Counted from the stretch's first letter, positions 26,901-39,368 are shown. The stretch is DNA of 64,000 nucleotides from Leucoraja erinacea (GCF_028641065.1 NC_073391.1:15934001-15998000); one strand, 5' to 3'. Translations and numbers: made by a program. Notes: generated by a model not told the origin, from the letters alone.

Positions 26901-27284
26901 TTCTAAAATATTTTCATCCATTTCCTATTTTCACGTGCGGTTTGATGGTTTCACGCCAAATAACACTGAATTAGCCTTCATGGATTGCATGCTATCTGCG
27001 GATAGATTAATCATTTTAGATTAATCCAATTACTGTTCAGTCTAAATCTGTTGCTTGAAATCAGACGGTCTACACAGTAGATCTCAAATGTAAGAACGGT
27101 GAAATGAACCAATATTTGCAACACATGGTGATTTAGGTTGTTATTGTGTGGAGTTTTATCTCTTCCCATATCCTGAGAGTACAGAACGTTAGATACCGAG
27201 TCCACATTTATCAGTTATTCTACACATTATGTACATTAAAAGTGGGAAGAAAGCGGTTTGTAATTCCTGAGATGCAAAGAAAAG

Positions 27285-27467
27285 CAGATGCTGAAATCTT
27301 AAGCAAAACTCTTAAGTGCTGGAGTAACACAGCGGGTCAGACAGAATCTGTGGAGAGAATTGATAGGCAACATTCGGTTTGGGACCTATCCACAGACCCG
27401 AAACTTCACCTATCCATTCCCTCCGCAGATGCTACTTGACTCGCTGAGTTACTCCTGCACTTTGTGT
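27285..27467. mobile_element. Penelope-derived fold-back element
   Basis: AAGTGCTGGAGTAACACAGCGGGTCA is mirrored by TGACTCGCTGAGTTACTCCTGCACTT. Confidence 0.65.
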
Positions 27468-27497
27468 TTAGTTTGTAACTCTTCTTTTGTTTCCAAA

Positions 27498-28253
27498 GTT
27501 TCAAGGGTCTTTTATTGTCACGTGTGTACCAATTAAGGTACAGTGATATTTGAATTACCATACAGCCATACTAAAAAAAAGCAACAAGACACACAACTAC
27601 ATAAAAGTTAACCCAAGCATCCACCACAACAGATTCCCCACATTCCTCACTGTGATGGAAGGCTATAAAATCTAATCTTCTTCCCTCTTTATTCTCCCGT
27701 GGGCGGGGCAGTTGAACCATCCGTCGGGACAATCGAAGCTCCCGCAACAGGCAATCGAAGCCCCCGCGTCGGGGCGATCTAACCTCCCATGTAGGGGTGG
27801 TCAAAACTCCCGTGATCGGGGTGGTCGAAGCTCCTGCAGCCTGGAGCTCCCGAAGTCGGTCTCTAAACAGGGACCACGAGCTCCACGATATTAAAGTCCG
27901 CAGGCTCCTGCAGTTGGAGCTCCAAAGTCGATGCCTGGCAAAGATTTCACCCGCTCCATGATGGTAAGTCTTGCAGACTCCCGCAGTTGGAAATCGGTCT
28001 CCAGCAGAGGCCGCCAACTCCTCGATGTTAGGCCGCAGTGCGGACGGAGATACGATATGGAAAAAATTGCATCTCCGTCGAGGTTAAAGATGAAAAAAAA
28101 GTTTCCCCCAACTGCCCCCCCCCCCCCCCCGACATAAACATAAAACAAACTAAAGAACACTAAAACATACATTTAACAAATACTAATAAAAACAACAATG
28201 AAGGAAGGGACAGACAGAATGTTGGTGAGGCAGCCATTTCTGGCACCACCCAG
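27498..28253 (-). mobile_element. Non-autonomous retroelement with a Rex1/L2-type 3' end and GC-rich body
   Basis: The minus-strand 3' end carries TGACAATAAA plus a short tail, as in the LINE at 60181. The body is CpG-rich with recurring CGAAGCTCC motifs and has no credible ORF. Confidence 0.6.
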
Positions 28254-29747
28254 TTGCTATGTAAATAGCTGTTCAATTGCTCAAGAGTATTTCATCTGAA
28301 ACTTTCAGTGCAACATCGTTCCCTGGGAAACCGCGAAACAGGAAACTGTGTCCTGGTACACAAACCACATCACATGTTTGGCTACCAGATTGCTTTGTCT
28401 TGAATGACGTTGAGTCACTTGAATGGTGAAGGTTCACTAGGCAATCCAATACATGTTTGATGTGTGCCCTCTAGATGATGGAATGAATTTGTGGAGTCAG
28501 AAGGTGAACAGGCCAATACTCTGTGGCTTGTGATTCAGCACCTACTACACAAGCCTTTCCTCTCTCTGCAATTGGAGTGTGTGTTGGTGTACGCTCCTTA
28601 CGAATATTATTCTGCTTTATACCACCTGCAGGATGTGTATGCCTGGAGAGTATCAGTCGATCACAATGCCACACGGTATATGATGGGAAGGAATGTTTAC
28701 TCTCCCATACCGGAGAGAGTCATTGCCTGGCATTTGTTTCATGTGAATGTTACTCTGCACCAGCCACCCAGTTAAAATTTCACGAGAGTCTGATGAAGCA
28801 TGAGAACAGGAAGCAGGACGAGACCACTTGACACATTCTTCATGGGGTCAATCTGTCTGTAACAACGCATTCCCATCCACCTGTGCTAACCTTTCACCCC
28901 CTGTGCTTCCCTAACCATATCCTTAAAAATATTCAACGTCTTTGCTTGCCCTGCCCTTTGAGGACATAAACAAACAAGCACAAATTGCCATCAACTGTTG
29001 CGACTTTAGGAGAATATTTTAGGCAGAAGTCATAGTTCTCCTCCTTTGTCTCTGCATAAAAATACAATTTATAGCCAACAAAATATATTTAAAACGTATT
29101 AGATGCAGATTATTTAAAATGTTGCCATTAATGTTTTTATTTGCAAAACGTAAATCAAAAATTAAAACAATATTTGAACCCACGAGGACAGTTAAAAGAG
29201 AATGGTTAGAAAAAGTAACTATAAAACGCCCAGAGGCCCAATTCTGTACCCGGCTGAGCCGTACAAAACTGCCAAAACATCAAGAAATTTGCATGAGCTG
29301 GTCTTTCATGAGTGTTGGTGCAGGTTAATGAGCAGTGGAGGAATTCGGCAGAGCTTTTATTGAAACAGTGTAAAACTCCAAAGAAACATGGGCATAACTT
29401 AAAACCAGGCCTAAGCCATTTGTACTTGAATTTCCTTCCTTTGACCTGTTACTGGGAAAGTCAGCATGGTGCCATGGTATGTTGTGAATTATCCGAGTAG
29501 CCAGAGAGTGCAGTCATTCAATCCCTGAATTTAATTTTTGTTTTGTGTGTCGAGTTGGCTCGGATTTTCTGTCGTGCACTGATGGATGAACCTCTTTACT
29601 GTAGGTGAGAACTTGGAAGCCATGATCACAATGAATGGCGGTGTGCAGGCTCGAATGGCCAAAGACCTCCTCCTGCACCTATTTTCTATGTTTCTATGTC
29701 TGTCGCATTGTTTTTACATTTCAGGGAGAGTGCGTTCTCATCTCTCT

Positions 29748-32039
29748 TATTTACTTACTGCCTATTATGCCTCCTGGCATGTAGGGCAGCAACAAAGGTC
29801 CTCCACTCCTGGGTGTTCTGGGCTAGCTTCTGGACACTACCCCAGGTCAGCTCCATTGTTTTCATTTCCTCCTCTACAGTTCGACACCAGGTGGTTTTGG
29901 GTCTCCCTCTTTTCCTTTTCCCTTCCATGTCCAGTGGCAGGGCTATTCTTGGGATGCTGTCTGGTTCACTTCTCAGTATATGGCCAATCCAATTCCAGCG
30001 CCTTCTCATGATGATGGTGTCCATGCTCTCTTGTTGGCATTGAGCAAAGAGATCTTGGTTGGATCTGGTGTTTGGTCAAAATATTCTAAGGATTCTTTTC
30101 AGGTTCTTAGTATGGAAGACCGGCAGCTGGTTGGTGTCGCTCACTGTCATTCTCCAGCATTCCCAGCCATACAGGAGGGTGGAGAGGACACAGCTCAGGT
30201 ATAACTTCAGCTTGGTCTTGGTGCTGTATTGCTGAGGCCTCCATACATTGTTTAGCATTCTGAAAACATTCCTAGCCTTGTTTAGCCGGTTCTTGATGTC
30301 ATTGTGTGCTCCGCTGTCGTGTCTGACTTTGCTACCAAGATAGGTCAACTCCTCAGTTATGGGAAGTTTGTTTCCATTCACTTGGATTGTCAAGGGGTTT
30401 TAGATGTTAAGTGTCATTACTTCAGATTTTTTCTGGTTTATCTTCAGGCCAATTTGTTGTGCAAAGTCACTGAGATGGGACATTTTTTCCCACGTGTGAT
30501 TGTGAGTGTGGGAGACCAGAGCCAAGTCATCAGCAAAATCAAGGTCTTCCAATGATGAGAAGAGGGTCCATCATATGCCTCTTGCTTGGTCTTCAGTTGT
30601 CTGACGCATCACCCAGTTAATAACAATATTGAAGAGTAGCGTCGACATCACACACCCTCCTGTCTTCACTTGGAGTGTGTGGTTACTGTTCTCCACTCTG
30701 CAAGATAAGTTGGCGTAGAAGCTCTTAAAGACTTCGACCACATGCTGTGGGATCCCATACATTCGTAGTATGCCCCAGAGGCTGTCTCGGTGGATGCTGT
30801 CAAATGCTTTCTTGAAATCAACAAAGTTGATGTATATCTGTCTCTGCCACTCTGTGCACTGTTCTATAATGTTACGAAGGGCAAATATCTGCTCAATGCA
30901 GCCCCTCCCACCACAAAATCCTACCTGTTCTTTCCTGAGCTGTTTGTCTACTACTTCTGAGATACGTTGTATAATAATCTTTGCCAGAATCTTGCTTGGA
31001 ATTGATAGAAGAGTGATCCCTCTCCAATTGTTACACTCTCGTAAAGTTGCCTTTCTCTGGTATACTAATGATGACTCCTTCTGACCAGTCATCAGGTATA
31101 TCTTTCCTTTCCCAAATAGCTGTGAAAAGTGGTACAAATACTTCAGCTGCAAGTTCTGGGTCTGCCTTGGAACAGTTCTGCATTCAGGTTATCTTGGCCT
31201 GGGGCTTTTCCACCTTTGAGAGACTTAATGGCTGTAACAATTTCCTCCTTAGTTGGTGGTTCAGTGCTAATGTTCAGGCCATCCTCTGCTTGTTGGGTGT
31301 TAGCCTTTATTATAAGCGGTGCTCTATTCAGTACTTCATTAAAGTGTTCCACCCAACGAGCTTCTTGTTCTGCTTCTGTTGTTAGGAGTCGGCCCTTTTT
31401 GTCTACAATTGGTGTCTCAGTGGTTTGACGATTTTTGCCACAGATTATCCCGGTTATCTTGTAGACCTTCCCTTGCTCCCCTTTCTTAGCTGCATCTTCT
31501 GCTTGATTAGCAAGATCTTCCAGGTACGCCCCGTTTGTCAGCTCTGACTTTCCTCTGAACTGCTTTGTTTGCTTCTTGGTACTGCATCTTGTATCTTTCT
31601 TGCAGCCGTTTGGACTTTGTCTCATTTATTTGCTTCATTAATTTTCTCCTATTTTCAATGATTTGCCATGTGTCTTCAGTCATCCACTCCCTTTTTGTCT
31701 TCTGCTTAAACCCCAGGCAGGCTTCACTGGTTTTCACATAAGCTATTTTGGTTTGTTCCCACACAGTATTAATATCATTTGCATTTGGCCCTGTGTGATC
31801 ATCCATATCTGCTAGTGCCTGAAACCTGTTCCTTAATTGTAACACGAAAGAGCCTTTCACTTTTGGGTCATGTAGTTTCTCAACGTCAAACTGTTGCCTG
31901 CCTGTCTTTTTGCTCCCTGTTTTCCTCAGTTTTACTGTGAGAACAGCCAGGACTAGGTGGTGATCACTACCAACATCAGCTTCCTGTTTAACCTTAACAT
32001 CAAGTAATGAACGTTTCCATGTGCCGTTAATCATCGTGG
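29748..32039 (-). mobile_element. 5'-truncated RTE-clade LINE (endonuclease end, RT, C-terminus), frameshifted
   Basis: Minus-strand fragments: ADVGSDHHLV (APE end), WRGITLLSIPSKIL, FVDFKKAFDSIHR, LEDLDFADDLA (about 30520-30555), TYLGS, RRWNWIGHILR and GKRKRGRPKTTW; (TAAG)n-like tail near 29750. Confidence 0.93.
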
Positions 32040-32240
32040 AATAGTGAAAAGATTCCTGAGAACCCTCCTCGTGGCAAACAAAGGAGTGAGAATTCTCCTC
32101 GAGAAATCTTTTGAATGGCAGCAAATATAAACAGTGGGAAGAGTATATGCATCGTCTCACTGGTTTCCAAACCCTGTTGGCTTAGATGGTGTTTAATACC
32201 CAGAACCAAGGAGCTGCTTAGTGTCTGTCGTCAATGAAAT

Positions 32241-32647
32241 CATCATCATCATCGGTGGTCACTCGAAACGAGTATGACTGTCCTCTCATGGAGGACGCCT
32301 GTGCGTGACTTTGTTTAACGTGGGGAGGTTGGTGCACAGACAGCCGCCCCACGGTCCTTGACAGACCTTGGTCAGAATCCAGTGGCATGGAGTCCAAGAC
32401 AACCGGCGACCCTTTTCTGCTGCAGCCTTCATCCGCCTTCCCGTTGTGACGCTCCACTAAAGTCAGCCATCATCCTCCGCCTGTTCCACCGTTGAGGTCT
32501 TGGTTGGATTGCTCTTTGTCAGAGACCTCCCCCTTGACCTTACCGCCATGGGTGGCCCTACCTGGAGCATAGCTCCAGACGGCATCGCTTTCAGGATCTC
32601 AGGACCATCTTCTCCACCACAACAAGGTGACAATCCACGGAGATGCT
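32241..32647 (-). mobile_element. Short non-autonomous RTE-type element (RTE 5' UTR joined to a 3' end with (GAT)n tail)
   Basis: The minus strand begins GTCACCTTGTTGTGGTGGAG...GCGATGCCGTC...GGTAGGGCCACCCATGGCGG...TGACAAAGAG, resembling BovB/Expander 5' UTRs. (ATC)5 tail on the plus strand; TSD TCAATGAAAT (32231-32240) and TCAGTGAAAT (32648-32657). Confidence 0.75.
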
Positions 32648-32744
32648 TCAGTGAAATGAGGCTTAATCCTCTCTGTATCTCTGTCCTACGCTTTGTACCC
32701 CAACCACTTCACCGAGCTCTGAAGTTCCAATCACTTACCAAATA

Positions 32745-33090
32745 GTGAAAGGCCTGGATAGAGTGTGTTTCCATTGGTGGGAGAGTGGAGGACCAGAGGT
32801 CATAGCCTCAGAATTAAAGGACGTTCCTTTAGGAAAGAGATGAGGAGGAATTTATTTAGTCAGAGGGTGGTGAATCTGTGGAATTCTTTGCCACAGAAGG
32901 CTGTGGAGGCCAAGTCAATGGATATTTTTAAGGCAGTGCAGGTAGATCCTTGATTAGTACGGGTGTCAGGGGTTATGGGTAGGGCAGGAGAGTGGGGTTA
33001 AGAGGGAAATATAGATCAGCCATGATTGAAAGGTTGAGTAGACTTGATGGGCCGAATGGTCTAATTCTGCTCCTGTCACATGAACTTGTG
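32745..33090 (+). mobile_element. CR1 3' end
   Basis: ORF FPLVGEWRTRGHSLRIKGRSFRKEMRRNLFSQRVVNLWNSLP, plus 3' UTR ATGGGCCGAATGG. Confidence 0.88.
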
Positions 33091-36000
33091 GCTGAGAATT
33101 TAGCCTCTTATCGACACTCCCATCAGATGGCCATTAAAAAACGAATGTTTCAAGAATGGTGACATGAAAGCAGGAAGGACTCTGAAGCTGAGTACAACTT
33201 GTGTCAAATTAACTCCCAGCCACTGCCTTCTGCACTTTTCCCAATTTTACTGGAGGATGTGGTTTGGTTTTATTCACACAATAGATGTATCGCCAACTTT
33301 AGCTTCAGGTACATGCTTGAAGTGGACATGATGGAGATGGCTTCAAGCCAAGCAAATTGGTAAATGGTATAAAAGATAAGGCATTCAGTTTCATTTTGAC
33401 AATCTGTCCTGATTCACAGACTCGACTGTGGCTTCTTTACTTTATTTTTATGGCCTACTCTCATGGATTCTTTAGAAATAGTCTTCAGGCTCCCAGAGCC
33501 CACTCACTGGCCGCAGATTGAAAGCCACAATGATACAGCATCCAGCCGTTTTAATTAAATCCTATCTGCTGATCTCAATCACCCTTCCTGGCCCAGCTGT
33601 TGATCTCCTGTGCAAAGAAATACTTTCTGTTAGCTATCCTTCAACTTGGCAAGTAAATGCTGTCCCAGCCAACTCGCCCACATCTTGTGAATGAATACAT
33701 TTAGAAAACAACTTGTGCAAATTATGACCCTATGACCATTGCCACAACGCCTGATGCATCTGAAAGTATTGGTGTTTACAATTTTTTTGTACTGTATCTC
33801 TTTGTGTTCACTTTAAAATATTCCATTTAGTACTGCTTGGGTACTTTTCCCTCATATTTTATTAGGATGCAATATATTTTGGGCCAATTCATTTAATAAT
33901 CATTTTAATAGATAATTTGGATACATTTTCCTCAGCACCCAAATTTCCATGCAATGAGTGGATCGCCCTCCTGTTGGCGTTTACCTTTCATTGAATTTCC
34001 TGTAAGAATATGCTTTGATCAAAAGCCTGGGTTCCCTGTATATCTGTTTGTTTTTGCCACTAAATATAGCAGTGGTACAGAGATATAGATCTGCATGATT
34101 GGAGATGTGACTATTCTCACTTCACTCTGCATGCCCGACTCCACATTTTAAGTGAGATGCAAAACTGAGCAAATTGAAATTAAGAGTTGATGAACACCTA
34201 TTAATGATGATGCCAGAAAAAATGAAGAGAAAATGTTTAATTTCCACAGATGCAGATTATCATTTGCATAAGTGAATGTTGAGAATTGTGTATTGGTTTC
34301 TTTGTAACGTACTCCAGTTAATTGTAGCATATATGGTATGAAAATAGGTTTGTTGCATTTTGCTGGTTAGGGTTATTGTAAAACTACTCCCAGCAACTTT
34401 GTAGCTAGGACTAAAAGCATTGTGTGGATGGCATTGACTGCTTATAGAAGGGTCTATAGAGAACCAAGAGCTGACTGCATGGCCTTCAGGAGAGAGAATC
34501 TCAACCTGAGGCCTCTGTCATCTGCTGGAACACATTCTTACCTTGGCATCTACACAACAGTTTGTAAACCCTCAGTGAGAAAACACCCCTTCGATTTCAA
34601 CCCTTTATTTTTTTCCGTAGCATCACGAGAATGCAGTGTAGATGGATGTGAAATGTCCCGTTCACCGCTTTCCTCTCTAAATTGATGCACTAATATTGTT
34701 CCTTCGCCAGTTGATCTTCAACTGCATGCCAAGAGCTCTGTAATTGTGACCATTAGGCAAATACTACATATTTGAACTATGAAGGGTCTTCACTGAATCT
34801 TGCAGCTTTGAATAGAGCCAAGTGTTGCTTTTGTTTTGTTTGACAATGTGGGGTGGGTGGACAAATGGTCTTGTTTATTTTCATCATATTGGCCCTAAAG
34901 GAAAAGCGCTGTTGTGGATTTAACACAGCATGTATTCTCCAGTAACAAGTCATACTGAAAAGTTACTGACTTTAGGGAATTAATAGCGACGATCACAATA
35001 ATTTGCACATTAGTAGAAATCAACAACCTGTAAGAACAGTGTTGAACAGCTCGGTTGTACATCAGTCTGTAGGTCTGAAATAAGCAGCCGAATTAAGAAC
35101 AATCTACTAATAAATTCATGGTGTCCTGACATGTTAGCGATATTTTGCAATACATGGATTGTAAATCAGTCCAGATTAAAGTGTGTTTACGGAAAAAACA
35201 GGCAAACCAGAGCACTGGCAGCCGAAACGAGCTGATCTGTGGTGTTCCACTATTTACAATTGTGATGTGCCTGGGTCTGAGAGTGAGGTGTGGTTTCAGG
35301 CTGATCACACACCACTGTTGGATTTAAGGTGAAATAAATCTCTTCTATGCTGGCGAGGTGAAGAACTAGTTGGTTTTAACCTCGTGTTGAATACCGTGGT
35401 GGGTGAGGATAAGGGACACTACTTGAGAGCATGGCTGAGGTGAAAGTGCCAGCTATCTGTGAGTTATTGACTCAGATATTTCCTCCCACCTTGGTGTGGT
35501 CAGTGGGGCCATCCTGCCTTGAATATTTCACATTTATTTTTACTAAGCCACAGTTTGACATGATTCTAAGCGAATTGAACTGCCAATGTGCCGTGCAGAA
35601 GGGAAGGGTGCAGACTTGGTGTTCAGCTTTGCTTGAGTCAGCCATTCTGAGCTAATGGACCAAATAAGATTGATAATAGTCCTTGGTGCTTCTCAGCCTG
35701 TGCAGCAGGTGGGTCGGGTAGATGGGCTGGAGCAGCACAGTGTTGGGGCGGAGTGGGGAAATCGAGAGGCAAGACTGTTTTATTGCATATGTCCCAGACG
35801 GAACAATGACATTCTTACTTGCAGCAGCACAACAGAATATGTACTCTGAAAACAATATCATAAACAAGAAAAAAAAAGTCCAGAGTGTGTGTGTACGTGC
35901 GTGCACATAATAGTGCATAAAGATAAAACCAATGCTCCCAAATCTATGTAGTTCTGTTTATTTGGAGGTTGCAGTGTTTAATAGAGAGGGAGAGAGAGTT

Positions 36001-36139
36001 CAGAAGGCATTTTAATCCTGTAGGCTCTATAGTGATTTCTGTTCTGTTGCAAATAGATGCCAATAGACCCCATCTTTGTGAGGTCCACCTGCTGATCCAG
36101 ATGAACTGCTAGATCTGGCATTTTAGCTTGATCCCCTCT

Positions 36140-36340
36140 CATTTTTTCGGTGACTGCCAACGTCTTATCAGTGTCGCCAAAAGATTTTGAACATTTCAAA
36201 ATCCAGCGGCGATAAAAAAGTGTTGCAACACTTGAATAAACACCGCGCGCCAATACGTCATCACGCCGCAACTGTTTCAGTGACCCGGTACATCAGTCAA
36301 TGATGCCGGCAGTCGCTGAACAAATCGTCAAGTGGGGCAG
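36140..36340. mobile_element. Harbinger-type MITE remnant
   Basis: CpG-rich segment ending TCGTCAAGTGGGGCAG, resembling the AAGTGGGACAG TIR of the intact MITEs; the other end is not found. Confidence 0.45.
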
Positions 36341-36433
36341 AAGCATTATCTGTCATTCCAGGAGCATGGGGTTATGACAATTATGAGATTCCCTCTGTCT
36401 GCTGTTTGCCACACTTGTGGTCATAATGTCATC

Positions 36434-36612
36434 ATAGAAACATAGAAAATAGGTGCAGGAGGAGGCCATTCAGCCCCTCGAGCCAGCACTGCCACTCATC
36501 ATGATCATGGCTAATCGTCCCACATCATCAAACCCACAAACCCGTGCCTGCCCTCTCCCCATATCCCTTGACTCCACCAGCCCCCAGAGCTCCATCCAAC
36601 TCTCTCCTAAAT
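36434..36612 (-). mobile_element. CR1 3' end
   Basis: CATAGAAACATAGAAAATAGGTGCAGGAGGAGGCCATTC is the reverse of the tail at 21070-21100. Confidence 0.8.
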
Positions 36613-37703
36613 CCACAAATAAATGTCACAACTTCCTTTTGGTCATTGGAGACTATCGGCATTTCAAAGGCAATAACTGTACTAATATTCACAGATGGTG
36701 CCACATGCTTTAATCCAGCGGCTTCTTGCCTGGGATTTGAGTCTGTGCTGAACTGAGAGCCTCTCAGGTGAAATTTCTACTGAGGGTAGACAGAGGCAAG
36801 GATTTTTTTGTTTCCAGTTGTTCTCACTCACTACATAATTCAGTAAAGCAAGTTGTATTCAGGTGTGAGAGAGAGACAAACAATCATTTTCTCGGCATTA
36901 ATCATTCACCTATTTGATTCCAAAGCAAGATTAATGTCGCTGGAATTATCTTTTGCCAAGAACAAACTGTACTAGCACTCAGAATGAAGCTCATCTGTGA
37001 AGTAAAAAAAAACTTTGCATATACGTATAGTCCACCAAACACTGTAACTGTACATGGCAATATTTACAATTTCGCATTCATTTGTATTGCGATCAAATAA
37101 ATCTGTCCATATTCATCAATATTCTTTCCCTCTCCGGATACTCTTAGAATATTTTGGCCGATTTAGAATTTTGCTCTTTCTATTTAACATTGTGTTTTCG
37201 ATCTCCCCGACCAGAACTGTTCATTTGTCTCCTCACAGTGTTCAGCTCTTATGATTTTTGTTTGGACAGATCAATAAAGCACAATGGAAGTGGGAACACC
37301 CAGCATTCATACATCATTCTAACATTGTTCCAAGATATACTGTTGCTCAAAGAGCTGCCCTCCTTCCTGCTCTTTTGCTTTGTATCTTTGGAGAATAACA
37401 AAAACAGCTGGGAAGTGGGCAAGACTGCAACACCAAGATAGGATAGTCATAAACCCCATGAGCGACAGTGCTGGTGACTGTTCCACAAGTTATAAGAGTA
37501 GAATTAGACCATTCGGCCCGTCGAGTCTACTCCGCCATTAAATCATGGCTGATCTCTGCCTCCTAATCAGTGAATGACACTGCTGCTGAATGTTGAGAGG
37601 GTTGCTATTCGGGATCCAACCCAGATCTAGGTATGATTGCCAGCAGGTGTCTGATGCCCAGCTTCTTGGCATTCTTAGTGCAAATTCCCATGACTGACTT
37701 TTA

Positions 37704-38202
37704 AGGGGCTGTCCCACCTGGGCGACCTAATTGGTGAGTTTAGAAGAGTTTGAAATAATTACATGTTGAAAACCTCCTTTGACTATGTAGAAGACCAGCT
37801 TCGACTAGCTCCGACTAACATCAGGAAAATTGGACCACGAATATTGGAGAGTGAAGACGACCTCCTTCGATCTCCCTTTGACTATGATGAAGACTATCTA
37901 CGACTACCTTCGACTACCCTCGAGTACCTACGTCTAACATGCCGACCTACTGCGACCAAACCTACGAGTAAAAAAAGTTGATTTTTTTCCATGGCGACCT
38001 ATTTTTATTCGCGGGCATTTTTTAACATATTGAAAAAAACGCCGTGACCTAGCTGAGGCCTCGAGTACGCAGGGACCATTCTCAAGCATGAAGGAGAGTT
38101 ACGAAGACCTTCTACGACCTCGCGTCGACCATGCTGCAAGTATGAGTCGAGGGCAAACTCGCCAGAACTTGCGGATTAGGTCGCCCAAGTGGGACAGGCC
38201 CT
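37704..38202. mobile_element. PIF/Harbinger-type MITE
   Basis: 28-bp TIR AGGG(G/C)CTGTCCCAC(C/T)TGGGCGACCTAAT, with TTA TSD at 37701-37703 and 38203-38205. Shares GACCATGCTGC.AGTATGAGTC.AGGGCAAACTCG with the 23719 element. Confidence 0.92.
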
Positions 38203-38205
38203 TTA

Positions 38206-38521
38206 GGCTTTAGACTTCACTTAGAGATACAGCACGCAAACAGGCACTTCGCCACACTGAGTCCGTGTCAAGTAGCGATCACCCCGTACACGAGCAATAT
38301 CCTACACACTAGGAACAATTTACAATTTTTACCGAAGGCAATTAAACTACGAGCCTCTACGTCTTTGGAGTGTGGGAGGAAACTGGAGCACCCAGAGGAA
38401 ACTCACGTGGTCACAGGGAGAATGTTCAAACCTCTGTACAGACAGTACCCGTAGTCTGGGTCGAACCCGGGTCTCTGGCACTGTAAGGCAGCAATTCTAC
38501 CGCTGCACCACCATGCCGCCC
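38206..38521 (-). mobile_element. HE1-type tRNA-derived SINE, full length
   Basis: Minus strand GGGCGGCATGGTGGTGCAGCGGTAGA (A box) ... CCCGGGTTCGACCC (B box), with a CR1-like 3' end. Confidence 0.85.
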
Positions 38522-39152
38522 TTCTTTTCTTGCTTTGTGTTTTGTTTTTGAATTGAGATTCCAACTAGTTAACTGTAGCAGCAGCAGAAGACAGATTAGG
38601 TGTCCCAAACCAGATGCATTTGTATGATCATCGCCAGAACATCAACATACCTGTGTGATGCATGGCATTTACTCTTCCATCCTGGGTTACTTTTTTTACT
38701 GTAGAATATTGCACGCTACTAAACATCTTGCAAAAAGATGTCGATTAACCTTGGCAGACTGGACCGGACTACATCTTTGTAAAGGGAAATGTCACAATTC
38801 TGGCCCTACAGAATTTGAGGTCTGTGAAGATAGTAGTGTAAATCGTTTGAATTCACGTTCCTTTGTCCAGGAAGGAAATACCTGAAATTCGAGTATCGTG
38901 CGTGATGTTTCAGCTATTGTTTTAAATGGCTGGAAATTAGAACAATCTGTACCCAGATCTGCAGTCTGAGCTCAGTGAAAGTGACCAGCTGAAAAAAGCA
39001 TGAAATGGTAGCAATAGTCAAATCACTGACCTCAGTTTGACTGTATCATCTTCCTCTATTAGTTTAGTGAGCGCACTTTTAACTTGAATTCCAGAGTCAA
39101 CACATTTTCTGTAACAAAATTATACAAATCAACAAAAATTATTACGTTAATT

Positions 39153-39368
39153 CCAAAGATAGATACAAAAATGCTGTAGTAACTCAGCAGGTCAGGCCAC
39201 ATCTCTGGAGAAAATGGATACGTGATGTTTCGGGTTGGGACCCTTTGTCTGAAAAAGGGTTTTGACCCGAAACACGACCTAGCCATTTTCTCCAAAGATG
39301 CTGCCTGACCCGCTGAGTTACTCGAGCATTTTGTGCCTATCTTTGGTATTAACCAGCATCTGCAGTTC
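39153..39368. mobile_element. Penelope-derived fold-back element
   Basis: Inverted arms of about 90 bp (39153-39243 and 39257-39346) around a short loop. Confidence 0.8.

Noticed and set aside
27571-28172. ORFs of 148 and 93 aa
   Set aside because: They lie within a GC-rich interspersed repeat and show no domain motifs.
29724-32090. Possible host exon split by the RTE insertion (TTTCAG acceptor on the left, GTGAGA donor on the right)
   Set aside because: Weak donor, no recognisable peptide and no clear TSD to define the join.
38440-38521. tRNA-like sequence (also at 15107 and 20330)
   Set aside because: These are SINE heads continuous with SINE bodies, and no complete cloverleaf forms.
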